Below, in pieces: positions 12,301-26,126 of a stretch of 64,000 nucleotides of DNA. The first letter of the stretch is position 1. Each line of letters opens with the position of its first letter. The notes under the pieces were generated by a model that saw nothing but the letters and a program-made list of their open reading frames with translations, was not told the origin of the DNA and made no database searches. The DNA lies in the NCBI GenBank assembly GCA_965153455.1, contig OZ234493.1, forward strand, positions 8,794,213 to 8,858,212, read 5' to 3'. A program made the position numbers and the translations under genes. This DNA is from Sphagnum compactum (lineage: Eukaryota).

Positions 12301-15300
12301 TTGTGAAAGAGAACGTCGTTGCCATCAACTCCGTTTGTTTGTTTTTCGCATCAAATTGTTCCAACAGACTTACTTGATTCAACATGCATGTTCAATATTG
12401 TGCATCTTTGTTGTTGCATTGATGTAGGTGCAAGATGATGATGTTTAATTAAAATTGTGCATCCATTTCTTAGGTGACCATTTGAGCAGTGTTTTCTCTT
12501 TACAAATTTGAGATGCGATGAAAGGAGAGATCATCCATAACCAAGATTCAGCCACATTTGACTATAAACAACAAGATTACAAGCAATTTTATCCACCATT
12601 AATCTACATTCATTCCTTTTCCTACGTAAAGCAGAGCTGGGATTTTTTCACTTTTTAGAAATAGTGATAGGCTGGCTGGTACCTTCAGCTGGTCAGAAGA
12701 TCCCAGTACAGTACAGATGTCAATCAATACTAAACACATTTCATTTCTCAAATATGAATCAATAAAATACAAAATCATCCCTTTTTCTTTTTTTTGTGTA
12801 TACTATACCTATCATGTAATGCAATACTTGTTGGAAATTTTGTTATTAACAGCAATTTGATTTTCTCCATTTATTTATTTTTTGGGAACTACCTATCCAC
12901 TTCATCAATTATATGATTATGTAATAAGTTGTCGATTAGGGTTATGCATGAATGATAGGCAAGTATCATTTTTTTTACACGTAACGTTGCACACAATTGG
13001 ACAAATAACCATGGGTTTTGAAAAAAAATTTACCAATAAGTCTCGGAGTTGCCACTTCACCAGCTCAACATGCAAAATGGACGGTGTTTCCAACATGCAT
13101 CTACTTACCTAGTAGCCACCAAATGAATTCCTTTACCCACCTACCAAAAGACCCCCCAATTACTTTCCCTTACCTACTTCTCCATGATATTTACCCACTT
13201 ACATGGGTAGTTACCTAGGTAGAGAAAAGGGCAAGTAGAAGGGCTTACATAGGTTACCAAGGTGAAAGTTTGGTAACTCAAGTTGTAAGGTCCGGGATGG
13301 CCGATTATGCCATTTTCTTGACCTATAACATAATCTTCCGATGATGAGCATACACTTGTAATAGTGACCAAAATAAGTTTGTTGAAGAACACTATTCTTT
13401 TTTTGCAATGTTAAATCTGCTTCTCTAGACCTTAATGTCATGGAACCGTCTCACTCTTGCCCATTATGTTGGGTGTATCATTTGCCTCACCCTAATGGGC
13501 TTGCCTGTTGCCTTACTTAATATAATGGGCTGAGGCTAGACCATTCCATAGTACATAGGCAACGGGTCTCCAGTTTATGGTGCAGTGGTTGGTGGGTGTT
13601 GGGCCACATAAACCCTCATCTTCATGGATATGCATAACCCTCGCTACTACAAAATGTGGGTGCAATTTTGTAGGGTGCAGTTCACTAGTCCTCATTCATT
13701 AGACAAGTGAATTCACTGTTTCTTCATTGGTCCCTGTTCACTACAACTCGTGAATTCACTCAAAATTCAGTGAAATCACTTGATGTACATGGACACTTTT
13801 TGTTGTAATGCCTGTAAAGTTTAATCACTACCCATGTGGGGTAGAGGGAGAGGGTAGATGCAAAAACATAACACAACATGTCAAGATAAAAACATAAGGC
13901 CATTCAAATTCCAATCTTTACCCTTCAAATAAAACCAAATCAATTTGTAACATGAATACACATAACACCAATTGTCCCAATCCAACTCAGGCTAGTAGGT
14001 TTAATTACTTTTGCAACAACTCGTAAAAGGGTTCATTTGGTTGTTTTGAGCAATTGTTTTGCCTCGACCTTTTTCAAGGGGCAACTAACAATTAACCCTA
14101 AGTTTTGACATTTGAGCCAAGTAATCCCAATCCAAAACTCATGGATTTTTTCAAAATTTTAAAAATTCAACTTGATAAAGTTATAGAGGATTTCACAAGT
14201 TAAAGCTTTTGGTTTTGAAACAATAAGATGTGATTAAAAAATGGAAAATCACACCCAATTAAATTTTTGATTTGAACACCCCTCAAAATAACAAGTTTTT
14301 GAAGAATTGGGCCAAGACACCATGCTTCATTGACCGTAAAAAAAAAGTCTATAATAAATAAAAGGCATCCATATGAACGATGTGCAAAAAAAAAACTATG
14401 CAAAGTGGAGTTGAAATGAGGAAGAAATGGATGGTCAAAGCAGGCCATCCAATGTGACTCTCCATAGGATCATACAAATTCAACTTGTAGGGTCAGAATT
14501 GACTACGGGCCCTCAAAATAAGGGACCCGGGATGAGGTACTAGTCAAGTTTAGCCCTACATTTTGGGATTGTTTCTCCACCCATGGAATGAAAGTTATCA
14601 TTAACCTAATTGTATGTACATCAAGAGGCATAGGAGAGGAGGAGGGTTCTTGCAACTCCTTCTTAAGAGTGAGAGGGATCTTATATAGGTGCGAGGTCAT
14701 TCCTCTAAGAGATGAGGGTGATCTTAGATCTATATAAGTAATTGCAAGATCCCTCCCACTCTTAAGGAGTAGGTGTAATAAGAAGATGGCATACACCATA
14801 CGTCAATTTTCGCAAATGCTCACGAAGAAGTTATCGACATAACAAAGCATGAAAAAATTGTCTAGGTTAAAAAAACCCTAGGCTTGAGCCATTCTTGAAA
14901 TAAGAGGCTTAGGATGATGAGGTGATATTTTTTTGAATGTCCATCCGCACTCACTCATGGGGCTTTTTATCCATCATAAAGCATGAGGTGAAGGTTATTT
15001 TGAACTTGAACATATGCAAATTATGAAGCATAGAAAAAGGAAGGGTTCTTATTATGCCTACAACTAAGTTGGGTGTAAGGGCTATTATGGTAAGGCCCTA
15101 GGGGGAAGGGCACTACTAGAATTTGCCTTGTATCCATTTGTAAAAGGGATCTTTGTGGATTTTTAAGTGCCCCTCCAAATATACTATGGAATTTCTCTGA
15201 GTCCTTTGCTTACATCAAGACAAGAGGTGCAACCAAATGTTGTTGTGCAATGTACATAGGTTTCCCCAGTGAGTGAATTCGGGCTCCACATCAATTTCAC

Positions 15301-15981
15301 TCTGTGACCTTGGTGAAATCAACTACCTAGTTCGATCCCCACAACCATCCCAACAACCATGAAAAATAATGGGGATTGAATAATGAATACTCCCAATTAT
15401 TTTTCACCTTTGTTGAGAATGCAACAAACGGTTGAAGAGAGAATCCATCAAATGTGGGGCATCTTCCTTGGCACCAATACCTAACCAAATTCATGGTTAA
15501 CCTATCATCATCATAGGTATCAAGGTTCTATTTAAGGTTAGTAAGATTACAACTATCTACATTAAACAACCTTCATATGTAAAATATTTGAGGAGAACCA
15601 ATTAAAGAACCAAGGAATCCCATTTTCATTTTTCTTCCTCCCAAAACTTCACCCATATCCAAGAGAAAGAGAGTAAACCATTTTATAACCTTTGTGACAT
15701 GTACATGGTATAATAGGAATGGGCAATACGATTATTGCTCACAAAAGGTGACCTGGGGTGGCATGGGGTGTCACATAACAACCCAACCAACCGTGATGAT
15801 CATCACAATGTGTTACAATGCATTTACAATATAATCATATCAATGATTGTATGAACATTTAATTTAGCACTTAATTTTAAACACATTGTTAAAATGTTGT
15901 AAATTGCTAAACCTTGTAAGGGCCAAGTTTGTGATACGCCTAGTCAATTGTTACAATAGACAACAACTAGTAATCAATAAA

Positions 15982-16105
15982 ATGTATATATATGACATAA
16001 AGGTTTCTATGCCACTACCCATTATCACATTGCTATATATATATATATATATAGCAATGTGATAATGGGTAGTGGCATAGAAACCTTTATGTCATATATA
16101 TACAT
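15982..16105. repeat. Perfect 124-bp palindrome centred on (TA)10
   Basis: Arm 15982-16033 (52 nt, atgtatatatatgacataaaggtttctatgccactacccattatcacattgc) is the exact reverse complement of 16054-16105. The centre 16034-16053 is (TA)10, which is itself self-complementary. Confidence 0.97.
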
Positions 16106-16530
16106 ACATATATGGACGAAGAACAATAAAGCTTATATTGATTTGGGACAATAATATTTGGGTCAATCATGTAACATCTAGCTTACTAAATTTTGAATAC
16201 TTTTAAGAGACAAAAACTGAGATAGAAAACTTTTGTTTTGTCTTTGGGTTGTGTCTACTTTTTGCATAGGGTTTTTACCTGATTTTGGTTGATTGTTTGT
16301 TTTTGTTTTTTCTTTGGGTGGTGTCTACTTGTGTTCTCATTTGCCTTGTACTTTTGTTGGACAAGTTCCCATCCTTGATTTTTATTTTTTTTATAGGGCT
16401 TTTCTCACTTGTGGTTAAGACTTAGGACATCATTATTTCATGACCCATCTACGTGTTTCACATGCCTCCAAGCCTCGGGATTGCATTATACAAGAGAAGA
16501 AAAAGGAAAATAAATTCAATCTCTTTTTTC

Positions 16531-16811
16531 AGGTTAGGGAAAATGGGACGTGGTGAGAAGGTTTGGTAAAATCAATCTAATTTAGGTTAGGAAACATGGG
16601 TTGTGGTGAGAAGGTTTGGTAAAATCAATCTAATTTAGGTTAGGAAACATGGGTTGTGGTGAGAAGGTTTGCTAAAATCAATCTAATTTAGGTTAGGGAA
16701 AATGGGATGTGGTGAGAAGGTTTGGTAAAATCAATCTAATTTAGGTTAGGAAACATGGGTTGTGGTGAGAAGGTTTGCTAAAATCAATCTAATTTAGGTT
16801 AGGAAACATGG
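16531..16811. repeat. Minisatellite, 53-bp unit x ~5.3
   Basis: Unit aggttaggRaaMatgggWYgtggtgagaaggtttgStaaaatcaatctaattt starts at 16531, 16584, 16637, 16690, 16743 and 16796 (partial). Confidence 0.95.
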
Positions 16812-19184
16812 TCTTTCAATAAGTCATAGAAAAGCTTAAGTAAGTAAGTAGGAAATAATAGAATGGAAAAGGTAACAAGTTTTATGTGTTGTTGCATGAA
16901 GGAAGACACATGGGAACCATTTGAGATGGACGGACAGACTGACCAAGTCTGCTAAATAATTTCCCTTCCATGCCCATGCCTGTGTGTGTGACATATGGGC
17001 TAGCCCACCAGTGGTTGTTACAATTGATCAGAGTTTGACCATGGCTCTATTGCATGGGTTTAGGGTTTATTGCATGGGTTTAGGGTTTAGTATGTCCCTC
17101 TGCAAAATAGACCTTTATAATAAACCTTTATAGTAAACCTTTATAATATAATATTTATTTTAAATATTTAAATAGATTCCATATATTTTTCAGATTATTA
17201 TAAATTTTATATTTATAAATTTATTGTAAGCCTCCACCTTCTATACAATTGTTTTTATCTCTTTCTCATACAAGTGAAGTTAAATGGTCATAAATTTTAT
17301 TTTTTAAAATTAATTTTAATTTATCTTTCATTTACTTTTTATTTCTTAAAGAATTTTTTTTTAAAATATTAATTCACGATTCTTTTCTTTTTTTTAACAT
17401 TAAAAATAATAATGTCTTCACCTTCATTCAAATATTTCTCATGTAAAAAATAATTCTAAATATTACATTACATTCTTCACTATTGTAAATGTTTAAGAAT
17501 AATAATTTATCTAATTCATTTTTTTATATGCAATTCATAGGTATAAATAATGAATGTGAGAACTAATACAAGTGAAATCACAATATTTGGATATAAGCAA
17601 GTATGAATGTCACACACAAATTTACACACGAATGTCATGTGATTAAAACACATATGATGCACGTATAAATAAAATGAAATATTTCCAAGTGCTCAAAAAT
17701 ATTTCATCATACTATAAATGCATCATACATGTTTTAAATGCACAACATCTATTTTGCAAAAAACAAACCCATGAAATAATAAATGTGCAAACTTTGAACA
17801 AACCAATGAAATTAATAAGTTTGTGATGAAACATATGGAAACTGAAAAATTGATGGAACCATAATAGGAGTTGAGGCGCTTAAGGTGCAATAATTCCTTT
17901 GAGATTATTCAAAAGAAAAACATGTATTACTTTGCACTATGGTACTTCAACACATTGAGAGCAACTAAACATTTGAGAATCCCCCCAAAACATCTAAAAG
18001 ACCAATATTAATCAAGTTACACATCTATTCCTCAAAAAGTTGAATCCATATGAACTCAACCTACGACTGACCTTTGCACAATCAAATGCAAAGAACATAA
18101 CTACACGGTGAACAAATTACCTTCAAGTTCATTTGCTCAACATTGCCTTCAGTTTGCATATCCATGCCAAATTCCAATGTTGAATTGTAAAGACATGTAT
18201 CAACACGCAACCTTGTACTACCATCAAGTTTGTATCAACATGCCAACATGTTCTGATAATGTCAAAAGCAAAGGTTGGTAGATGTTATGAGGCCTCGACG
18301 TTTGATGTGAAAGGATGACAAGTCAAATGTGTGAGTAACATCCAAAATTTGATGACTAGATTACACGGTAAACACTTTTCTTTTGCCAGGAAACAAAAAG
18401 AAAGTCACCTGGCAAAGTTTTGCCAAAACAACAACAAACATTATACCACATCCAAATAGTGTGCAAGTTATTGTCCCGTTCCCAACTATAAACCTGAAAT
18501 ACCGAACAATGTGAAGTGAGAGATCCATTAATGTAATCACAAAACCCAATCGTTATGACCAATCAACAATAAGCATACTCCCTCACTTGCCCTTTTGGAG
18601 AGCTCTGTATCCAATGCATGTCCTATGCATATTTGCAGGTCCAAACTCAAATTGACACCATACTTACTGCATTATACTGTGTACAGGCTATTATTTTAGA
18701 GGCAGTGGAGATGCTCTCAGTCAATGATAATAAGACCTTGAAACAAAACAAATCTTGAAAAAAAATAACCTGTCAACTTGGATACATACAAACTCCCCAA
18801 CACAGAAGTAAGCAAATGTGCAAGACCGTCTCGGAAACATAGCAGAGCAAATTTATTACTAGTAACCCATTAAAAGCTGTCAAAGCTGTCACAGAACCCT
18901 GCATATTTGTCACCCTCACAACAGAAACCCTGACATTTTTGTAATTGGTGACTATTACAGCCCTTGTGACAGTGAGGTTATCTGTCAAAATTGCCAATGG
19001 GGTGATCTCCTCCCTATCCATCAAAATCGTACAAAACTGGGGAGACACCACAGGACAGTAACCTACATTTATTATCCTTCAAAATGTCCTGTGACACAGG
19101 AGGTTTGATCACTTTAACAAGATGGGAAAGTGCACTTGAGAACCACATCATCCTTCCAAAGACCACTACATTTATTACTAATGA

Positions 19185-22100
19185 TCAGTAGAGAAGTTCA
19201 TCAAAAATAGGGTCGATGTTCTTTCCCCACTTCTCATCATACAGTTTCAACAGCCTTTCTGCTGGGGTCACACCTGCAATCAACAATTGCAACTAGCTTT
19301 AGGCCTTGAAACCTGCAAAGAAAACTCCTGATGCATTGTGTGCCAGCTGTAACCAACAACCCTCTGACAACACAGTCATCACAAACATTTCCTCTTGCTC
19401 CCATGAACATAGGATTTTGGTAGCCAGATATTCCTTAAAAAACCAACTCCACAAAATGAAAATTCATTCCAAATCCAACAACCCAAAGTGCTGCTACAAA
19501 TCACCATGGTGATTTCTACCCAAATGACAATCAGGCTTCTCATAGTACTTTATACACCTCGACTTCAGAAATTGTTGTATATCATCATCATCAATGTCAA
19601 CTTGAGCAAACAAGGGGAATTTGAGAACAAGACTGATTGGTACCAGTTCTGACAGTTTCTTCAATTTCATTTAAAAAGCCAACCTCCTTATATCCTCTTC
19701 TCAATAACCCATCCTGCTCCAACAACACAGCAGTCCCATTAATAGAAGTGAGTTTCACTTCAGAGCATAGTAGGGTTTAGGTGACTATTACTCCAAACAT
19801 GGCAACTATCAAGAAAAACTGCTTATCATTATGGGAAGCTCCAAAGCAGCTCACAGCAACAAAAATCGGTGTCACAAAGTAAAAATTCCCTAAAGATGGT
19901 AGAGGACTGCAAAAGACCAACAGACCTTTGAAAGTTTGTAGACATCCTGCGCCACATGTTTCAAGAGGCCATCCCGAAATGGAACTTGTAGACCCTGCTG
20001 TGGCACCTGTTCCTCCCCACAACAGTCCTGATAAGACACAGTTGCAGACCCCAGCCTGTTCCAGTCTATCTAATATGCTTTAGAATCCTTTGCTGGATCC
20101 CAGAAACTAATGAAGACTACAGTTCCTCTGCAGACAAGATCTGATTTCATATGCCCCTGAAAGATCACTGCTTCCAGATGGACAAAAAAAGAAAACTGTA
20201 TAGCCTTTAATGGCCACACAAATTTCAAAGAAGTAAGGCACTTGCAATTGATTAAGTGAATCTGTAAATAACTGCTGTATGCCTGACTAATTTACAACTT
20301 TCAGTTTAGAGAGGGACCTTCCTCCGGAGCATAGCTCGTTCCTGATCTGTCCAGTCACTGATGATGTCTAGTGCTCCTTGTAGTGACTCCTCATCATACA
20401 ACAAGCCCACCTATGTCCACAATAATGTCACTCAGACTGCAGGCATTCTGCCATGTGCCAACTTCGGACAAACATCATACATCTGTATACCCTCTAAAAA
20501 GTTAACTATAAAATATACATCTCACTTCATTCAGATCAGGCACACTTGCCACAAACAGTAACAGAACACTGTAAAATAAGAACCATAAGCCTCATATAAG
20601 TTTGTCATATATGGCATCTGAGTCTAAAGATTGCAACAATCTACCTCCCAATCTAACTTGTGAATTGTGGGCAAACAAGCTCACCCAAGCATGGCAGGAC
20701 ACCAATACAAGGGAATCAAGAAGCATCTTGTATACATACCCAGAAAGCAGGCAGAGCACACAATCGACGCCACGGTCCTCCATCAGCCCCCCTCATCTCC
20801 AAGTAACGTTTTAACCTGACCTGCACCTCACAAAGGTCAGAATAGAATATAACATATGTTAATGTATGTTAACAAGATGTTGCTTCATTAAAAGTTGAGC
20901 ACATGACATAAGTATGAAAGCAATTTCAGCAAATTGAGCACCTCTGGAAAGATGGTGGTAAGATGATTTTCCCAGTCATTCAGGGTAGGAAATTCTCCTG
21001 GCAGAACAGGCAATTTCCCTGCCATGAAATCCTGCACAACAGGATCACACCCCCCTACCTGAGCATTACATAACAGTTTCTAAACTAGCTTATCTTTCAA
21101 GCATCACAAATTCTGACAGCTTTGACAATTTGTTGGTTCTAGTCACCAATCCAGGTTGCACCATAGTGCTACACAGCCACTTCAAATAAACCCCTTTCCA
21201 AGAAGTGTTAATGGAAGTCTCTCAACAGGACCATAAAACTGCTGCATACGCATCACCTTTAGCTACTTCTTTTACTCCTTCACTATAAAAGCATGAATGG
21301 AATTTAATTCTGGTTCACATACTCTGAAAGACAGGCCACTGCAATCCACATAATGCTTTTTGCGGTATACAAAATACATGGGCACATCAAGAGCATAATC
21401 CACATAGCTCTCAAACCTGCAGCCACACACTCCTCATTACTCCTGTCTGAATCAGCTTAAAAGCAAGAGTATTCATAGCAAATCAATGACATAATACTAT
21501 GGTACTTTCCATTGCTGCCATAGCACTAACTACTGTTGAATCTCATCCAAATGGGGAAAAGCCATATATGAACTTTGAAGAATGAAGCTAATTCCCACAA
21601 TGCAAATGGACATGCTTCACTATAACCTCAACAGATGTGATAATCAAAATAATAGCCTAATGCATACCCAAAATCACCCTTGAACACAAATGGAAGGTCG
21701 CCTGTACGGTTGTTGTCTACATCAGTCCATATGTGACTGCCAAAGACCCCCAAATGTAGGAAACTTGACACATGAGTAGATGTGCATGTTGTTTAAAAAC
21801 CACTGACCGGATAATCATAAGAGGTCTGAGTCCTAGGATCACCACAGTCATCAACAGCATTGCATCCTATACAAAAATAATGCAATACCCCAAGGTCACA
21901 CAAAACAGAACAGAACCAGAAAATCTCACCTTCTGAAGCTGAGGTAGCCATTTGGCTTTCCATCAGTGAATGGTGAATTTGCAAATAGTGCTGTTGCAAT
22001 CTATCAGAAACGTGACAGTCGAGTTAGGAGTCAGGATACAACAATAAAACAGAAAGTGAACTTATAATTCTCTTCTACCAACCTAACAACACCAGTGCCA

Positions 22101-25068
22101 CCCACAAACTGAGATAAAACAGAGCAATGATCCAAAATCAAATAGAAAGTTTGTCACTGGGCTACATCACCACACAGCACGTACAGGCTGTAAAGCAAGG
22201 CCAACTTGAAACTTCCTTTTCATATCCTCCTCAGTCTCAAAGTCCAGATTCACCTGCTCAATACCATTAATTTTTTTGAAGGATGTCCAAAGAACAAGGA
22301 TAGCTATGTGGATCATTTGGAGTGTACTTGTTACTCCAGAAAATAGGGAACCACTCAACTGTTTGAAAAATATGCTCCATCCTACATGAAAGAACCCCTC
22401 CTAAATTGCATTGATAAAAGCACTTTCTATTTGAAGAAGAATGCAATAATGTATGGCTTTCAAAGCCCCCACTTTGCATGAATGATCAACCCAGTCACCC
22501 TCAGTCTCATTGAGGTCATGGTGTTAGGCACCTGAACAAGTACAACCACCGATGGGGTTGGCACAAGAGCTAATGCATGTTGAATGCTGTATTTCAGAAA
22601 TAGTAGACCTAAAATGATGATGAACATGGACAAAAAAGAAAAGAGCAAACAAAAGTACCTGCACAGTACATGTTCGGAACATCATGTCTAGACCATAGTT
22701 GCCCACTTTTGGCATATAGTTACGCATTATTTCGTACCTGCCCTGTTCCAAAGCAGGTTGAACTCAATTTAAAGAATGTAACACAAAAAGTCAGAGGCTA
22801 ACCCACTGTCTGAAGTCTCGATACCCACAGAAAAGGCCAGAATCAAGCAAGAAGACTCCTAATCCCAATTGACTACTAATCCTGATCCTCAACAATAAAA
22901 CAGTGATAAAACTTTACTTTAATTGGCATAGACCTTCCCCGTGCAACCTGCATGTTATTGCTGGCTAGAACTCCCATCCACTCAGATTATGGCTATGTAC
23001 ATCACTTGAAATGGAGAACACATTGTTGTGGGAAGAGTAGGAATTTTTTCAAAAGCTTTCGTTTCTAGGGCATATGTTCAAGAAAGTGGGAGACTGTAAC
23101 TAAAAAATATTAAGAGAAGTAACAAACAGTATGAGAGTGAATAGTATAGATTTTCTGAGTATGAAGAGAGGAACAGGACCCACAGGGAACAGGAACAAGC
23201 TGCCAAACAGTGGACTGCAGAGGTCTGAAACTTTGCCCACAACCTAGGACCTAGGATTTAGGTTCATGATTTCAAATTAAAGGATCTAAAAATACATTCT
23301 CCAAGCACCAGGTACATTTCAGTGACCTTGACAGATATGTAAAGACACCTTGGGCATGATAGGAATGGCATCCACTGGCCATTTGGGCTGGAAGCCAATG
23401 CCTGCAAATCCAAGTCCAAGCTCCTCAGCCACTGCCTTCACCTGCATATTGAACCACCTCAATTGCCAAACATATATCATGACACCAATACAGAATATCT
23501 ATTACAGAATTTCCAACATTTATCTAGCACTGGTCACTGCAGGCAGACACTTCCTGAGACCATTACTTTCAAAGACATGGCAGCCTTCAGCTGTGCATAT
23601 CAAAAGAATATGGTCTGTCATACACCAAACTATAGCATGTCCAAGCTCTGCACAATGTCACAAGCACACCAGAAACACCATGCCAGTGAAATACAGCCAT
23701 GGTAACTTTGACAGCGGCGTACACAACATGAAAGGAGGATGTTGCCATCAGACCTGATATAAATGAGAGTTGACCTCTGCACATGTCTGATGCAGCGTAT
23801 CAAGTGGTGCACCACTCAACTCAAACTGACCCCCAGGCTCCAGTGAAACACTCTGACCATCCTAATCACTCCCTCCACAAACAGACACACCAATTCCTCA
23901 GTCAACGCCCCACCTGGATTCACCATGCAATGATACGCAAAATTTGAAGACCTGGGAAGTTGTAACTTGTTTTCCACTCACAATTGAGCTTGGCCACATC
24001 CAACTGCCCTAAGATTTTCCAATGAGGCAACAAAGAATACTAACCAAACATTCACATGACATGAACAGCCTTGCTGTTCAAAAACACGCAACTTTAAGAA
24101 CTGGTTTTCTAAAATGTAGGTCTTAACTCTTACAAATTTGAGGCCGATAATCTTATTGTCTTCCAGCACTCTCTCCCAATCAAATCGCTCAGCCATTCCA
24201 TCAAGAAGCTGTGCAATCTGTTCATAGGTTATGGGCTTCAGTGTGTCCAGTTGAAACCCAAACTTCTCATGCTCTGTTCCAATCCTACATAGCTCAATCC
24301 AAACCCGTTTAGTCATTTCCTTTGCCCATCATCCCTTAACAACAAATACCAAGCACATAATCTTCTTTGCTTTCTGTACTGAAATTCTGCAATTGAAGGT
24401 TGTGTACTTCACAACCCTACATTTTAACCAACCTTAAGGAAAAAAGCCAATGTGTCTGTGAGTACAGATTGCAGTAAGTTCTGTCAGGTGCAACATATAC
24501 AGCTAAGGTCTGTCCAGCTGGGCATTACAACACATACAAGTGACTATCTATCATGACTTTGACCCTTTCATGAAAGTATCACACAAAGAAGCAAAAACAG
24601 ACCCCATCCTGCGCGCATCAGCACAAGGATCCATGACAAAGAGCATCCATTTTCAAAGAGATCCAAACAAATTTCCTGTGATTACTGGGAAATGAGGGAA
24701 GTCCTCAGGGAGAGGAGAAAGGCAGACCTCCACTTTTCTTTAGGCTTACATCCAGATGCAAGATAGGCAACCAAGTCCTGTTTTGTCAAAGGCTCAGTTC
24801 GCACTGCTAGCTCCTCAGCTGGTGGACTGGCAGCGACAATCTGTGACTTCCGGCCCACTCTCCATCGTCCCGCTTGAGATTCTTTTTTATCAAGCCGTAA
24901 GTCGAGATCTAAACCCCTAAAGCCCTCGGCTGCTCTACCCGGCAACAGTGCATACTCCCCTTGCCATATCCTCTGTTGTCTGCCTGCATTCACCAGAGAC
25001 TGCCTGCTCGACCATGCACCAAAATCATACTTCGTGGCAGAAGACACAGCTGCATGTGCTACCGCCAT
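19185..25068 (-). CDS. GSH1: Glutamate-cysteine ligase (gamma-glutamylcysteine synthetase), plastid-type, 15 coding exons, ~527 aa
   Basis: Exons (minus): 25068-24728, 24284-24134, 23861-23754, 23441-23349, 22742-22659, 22253-22185, 22000-21930, 21736-21668, 21416-21323, 21031-20942, 20820-20740, 20410-20318, 20006-19926, 19713-19644, 19273-19185. All GT-AG, 1584 nt in frame. Motifs [74 protein letters not shown] and C-terminal [10 protein letters not shown] match plant GCL. The ORF-track start at 25128 is a GTG; the first in-frame ATG is 25068. Confidence 0.97.
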
Positions 25069-25927
25069 ATCAAATGCATGTGCTGCGGTATCCAATGCCT
25101 TTTTTTCACACAGCTGCGGTAATGCCACGACGATCCATTACATATAAAACACGCAACAAGAACCATTCTAAAGGAATTAGGGCACATCAAGTGTGCATCA
25201 ACCACTACCAAAAACAAGTTTATTGTAATGCTCACTTCTGTGTCACTCACACGGCGTTCAATAGCCACGAAAAAACCTTGCAAAACCCAGAAGCAAAGAG
25301 TACATCCAGGATACGAATTAGGTGAGTTCCCTGGAATTCGAACAAAAAGACACCAAAAAAATCCCTCCCGTTTCTGCAGTCAACTTCCAGCAGCAAGCAA
25401 AAGAGAAACATTACAGACAGGAAAAGAAAAAAGAAGCAACAAGCGACAACTAATTATGGAAGGGAAAACAAACGAAGAAAAAGGAAAGAGAAAAAGTATA
25501 CCTTACAGAAAGAAAAAAAAAAAAATCCCGTTCCACAGCAGCTGCAACAACAATACCAAAGCTGCAAAATTTGTCACAAAACTCCTTCTTCAAACCAAAA
25601 CCACACTGCGAGAGAGAAGAGACGCCACCACCACCACCACCACGCCGCACACGCGCACCAGATAAACACGAGCAAGGGAAAAACAAAACAAAACAAACAA
25701 ACAATCTCTGTCGCGCTGGAACCCGAAACGCTCTCCGTCCGTCCGTCCGTCCGTCCATTTGCTACGATTATTGGCACGGCACGCTCTCCTCATGGATGAA
25801 TAGTGGATGATTCTGGGAGAATGGAAAACTGTGGGGCCATCTTTAAGGGAGGCGCTCAAAAAATGACTAGATGCATTTCTTCACTTTTAATAAATCATAA
25901 AAAAAATAAAAAAGATATCGAGACATA

Positions 25928-26126
25928 CCATTTCAACACATGTCCGTCGAATAATTTAATTATTTGAAAATTTTCATTTCAACAAATGAAAAATATCCCT
26001 AAATATTCACTATTATTATCCTTCACAATATTTTTTGATTTGGAAGAAATAATAATTTTTGAAAATTTCAGCATTTCTGAACATAATATATAATTAGTGT
26101 GGAAAATTTGGCCCAACTTGGTACTA
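25928..26126. mobile_element. Second, diverged copy of the 2556-2772 MITE (reverse orientation)
   Basis: ccatttcaacacatgtccgtcgaataat...tttgatttggaagaaat...gaaaatttcagcatttctgaacataatatataattagtgt...ttggcc...ggtacta aligns by eye to the reverse complement of 2556-2772. Confidence 0.7.

Noticed and set aside
12040..12480. Possible Harbinger transposase C-terminal fragment
   Set aside because: Shares only a short word (gttggttctcaat) and weak translation similarity with 27945-28000; too decayed to call.
14500..15500. Possible second retroelement remnant on the minus strand
   Set aside because: Only a faint resemblance to LINE ORF1 fragments; no diagnostic motif could be read with confidence.
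16531..16811. CRISPR-like array
   Set aside because: Units are contiguous with no unique spacers, there are no cas genes, and the context is eukaryotic. It is a minisatellite.
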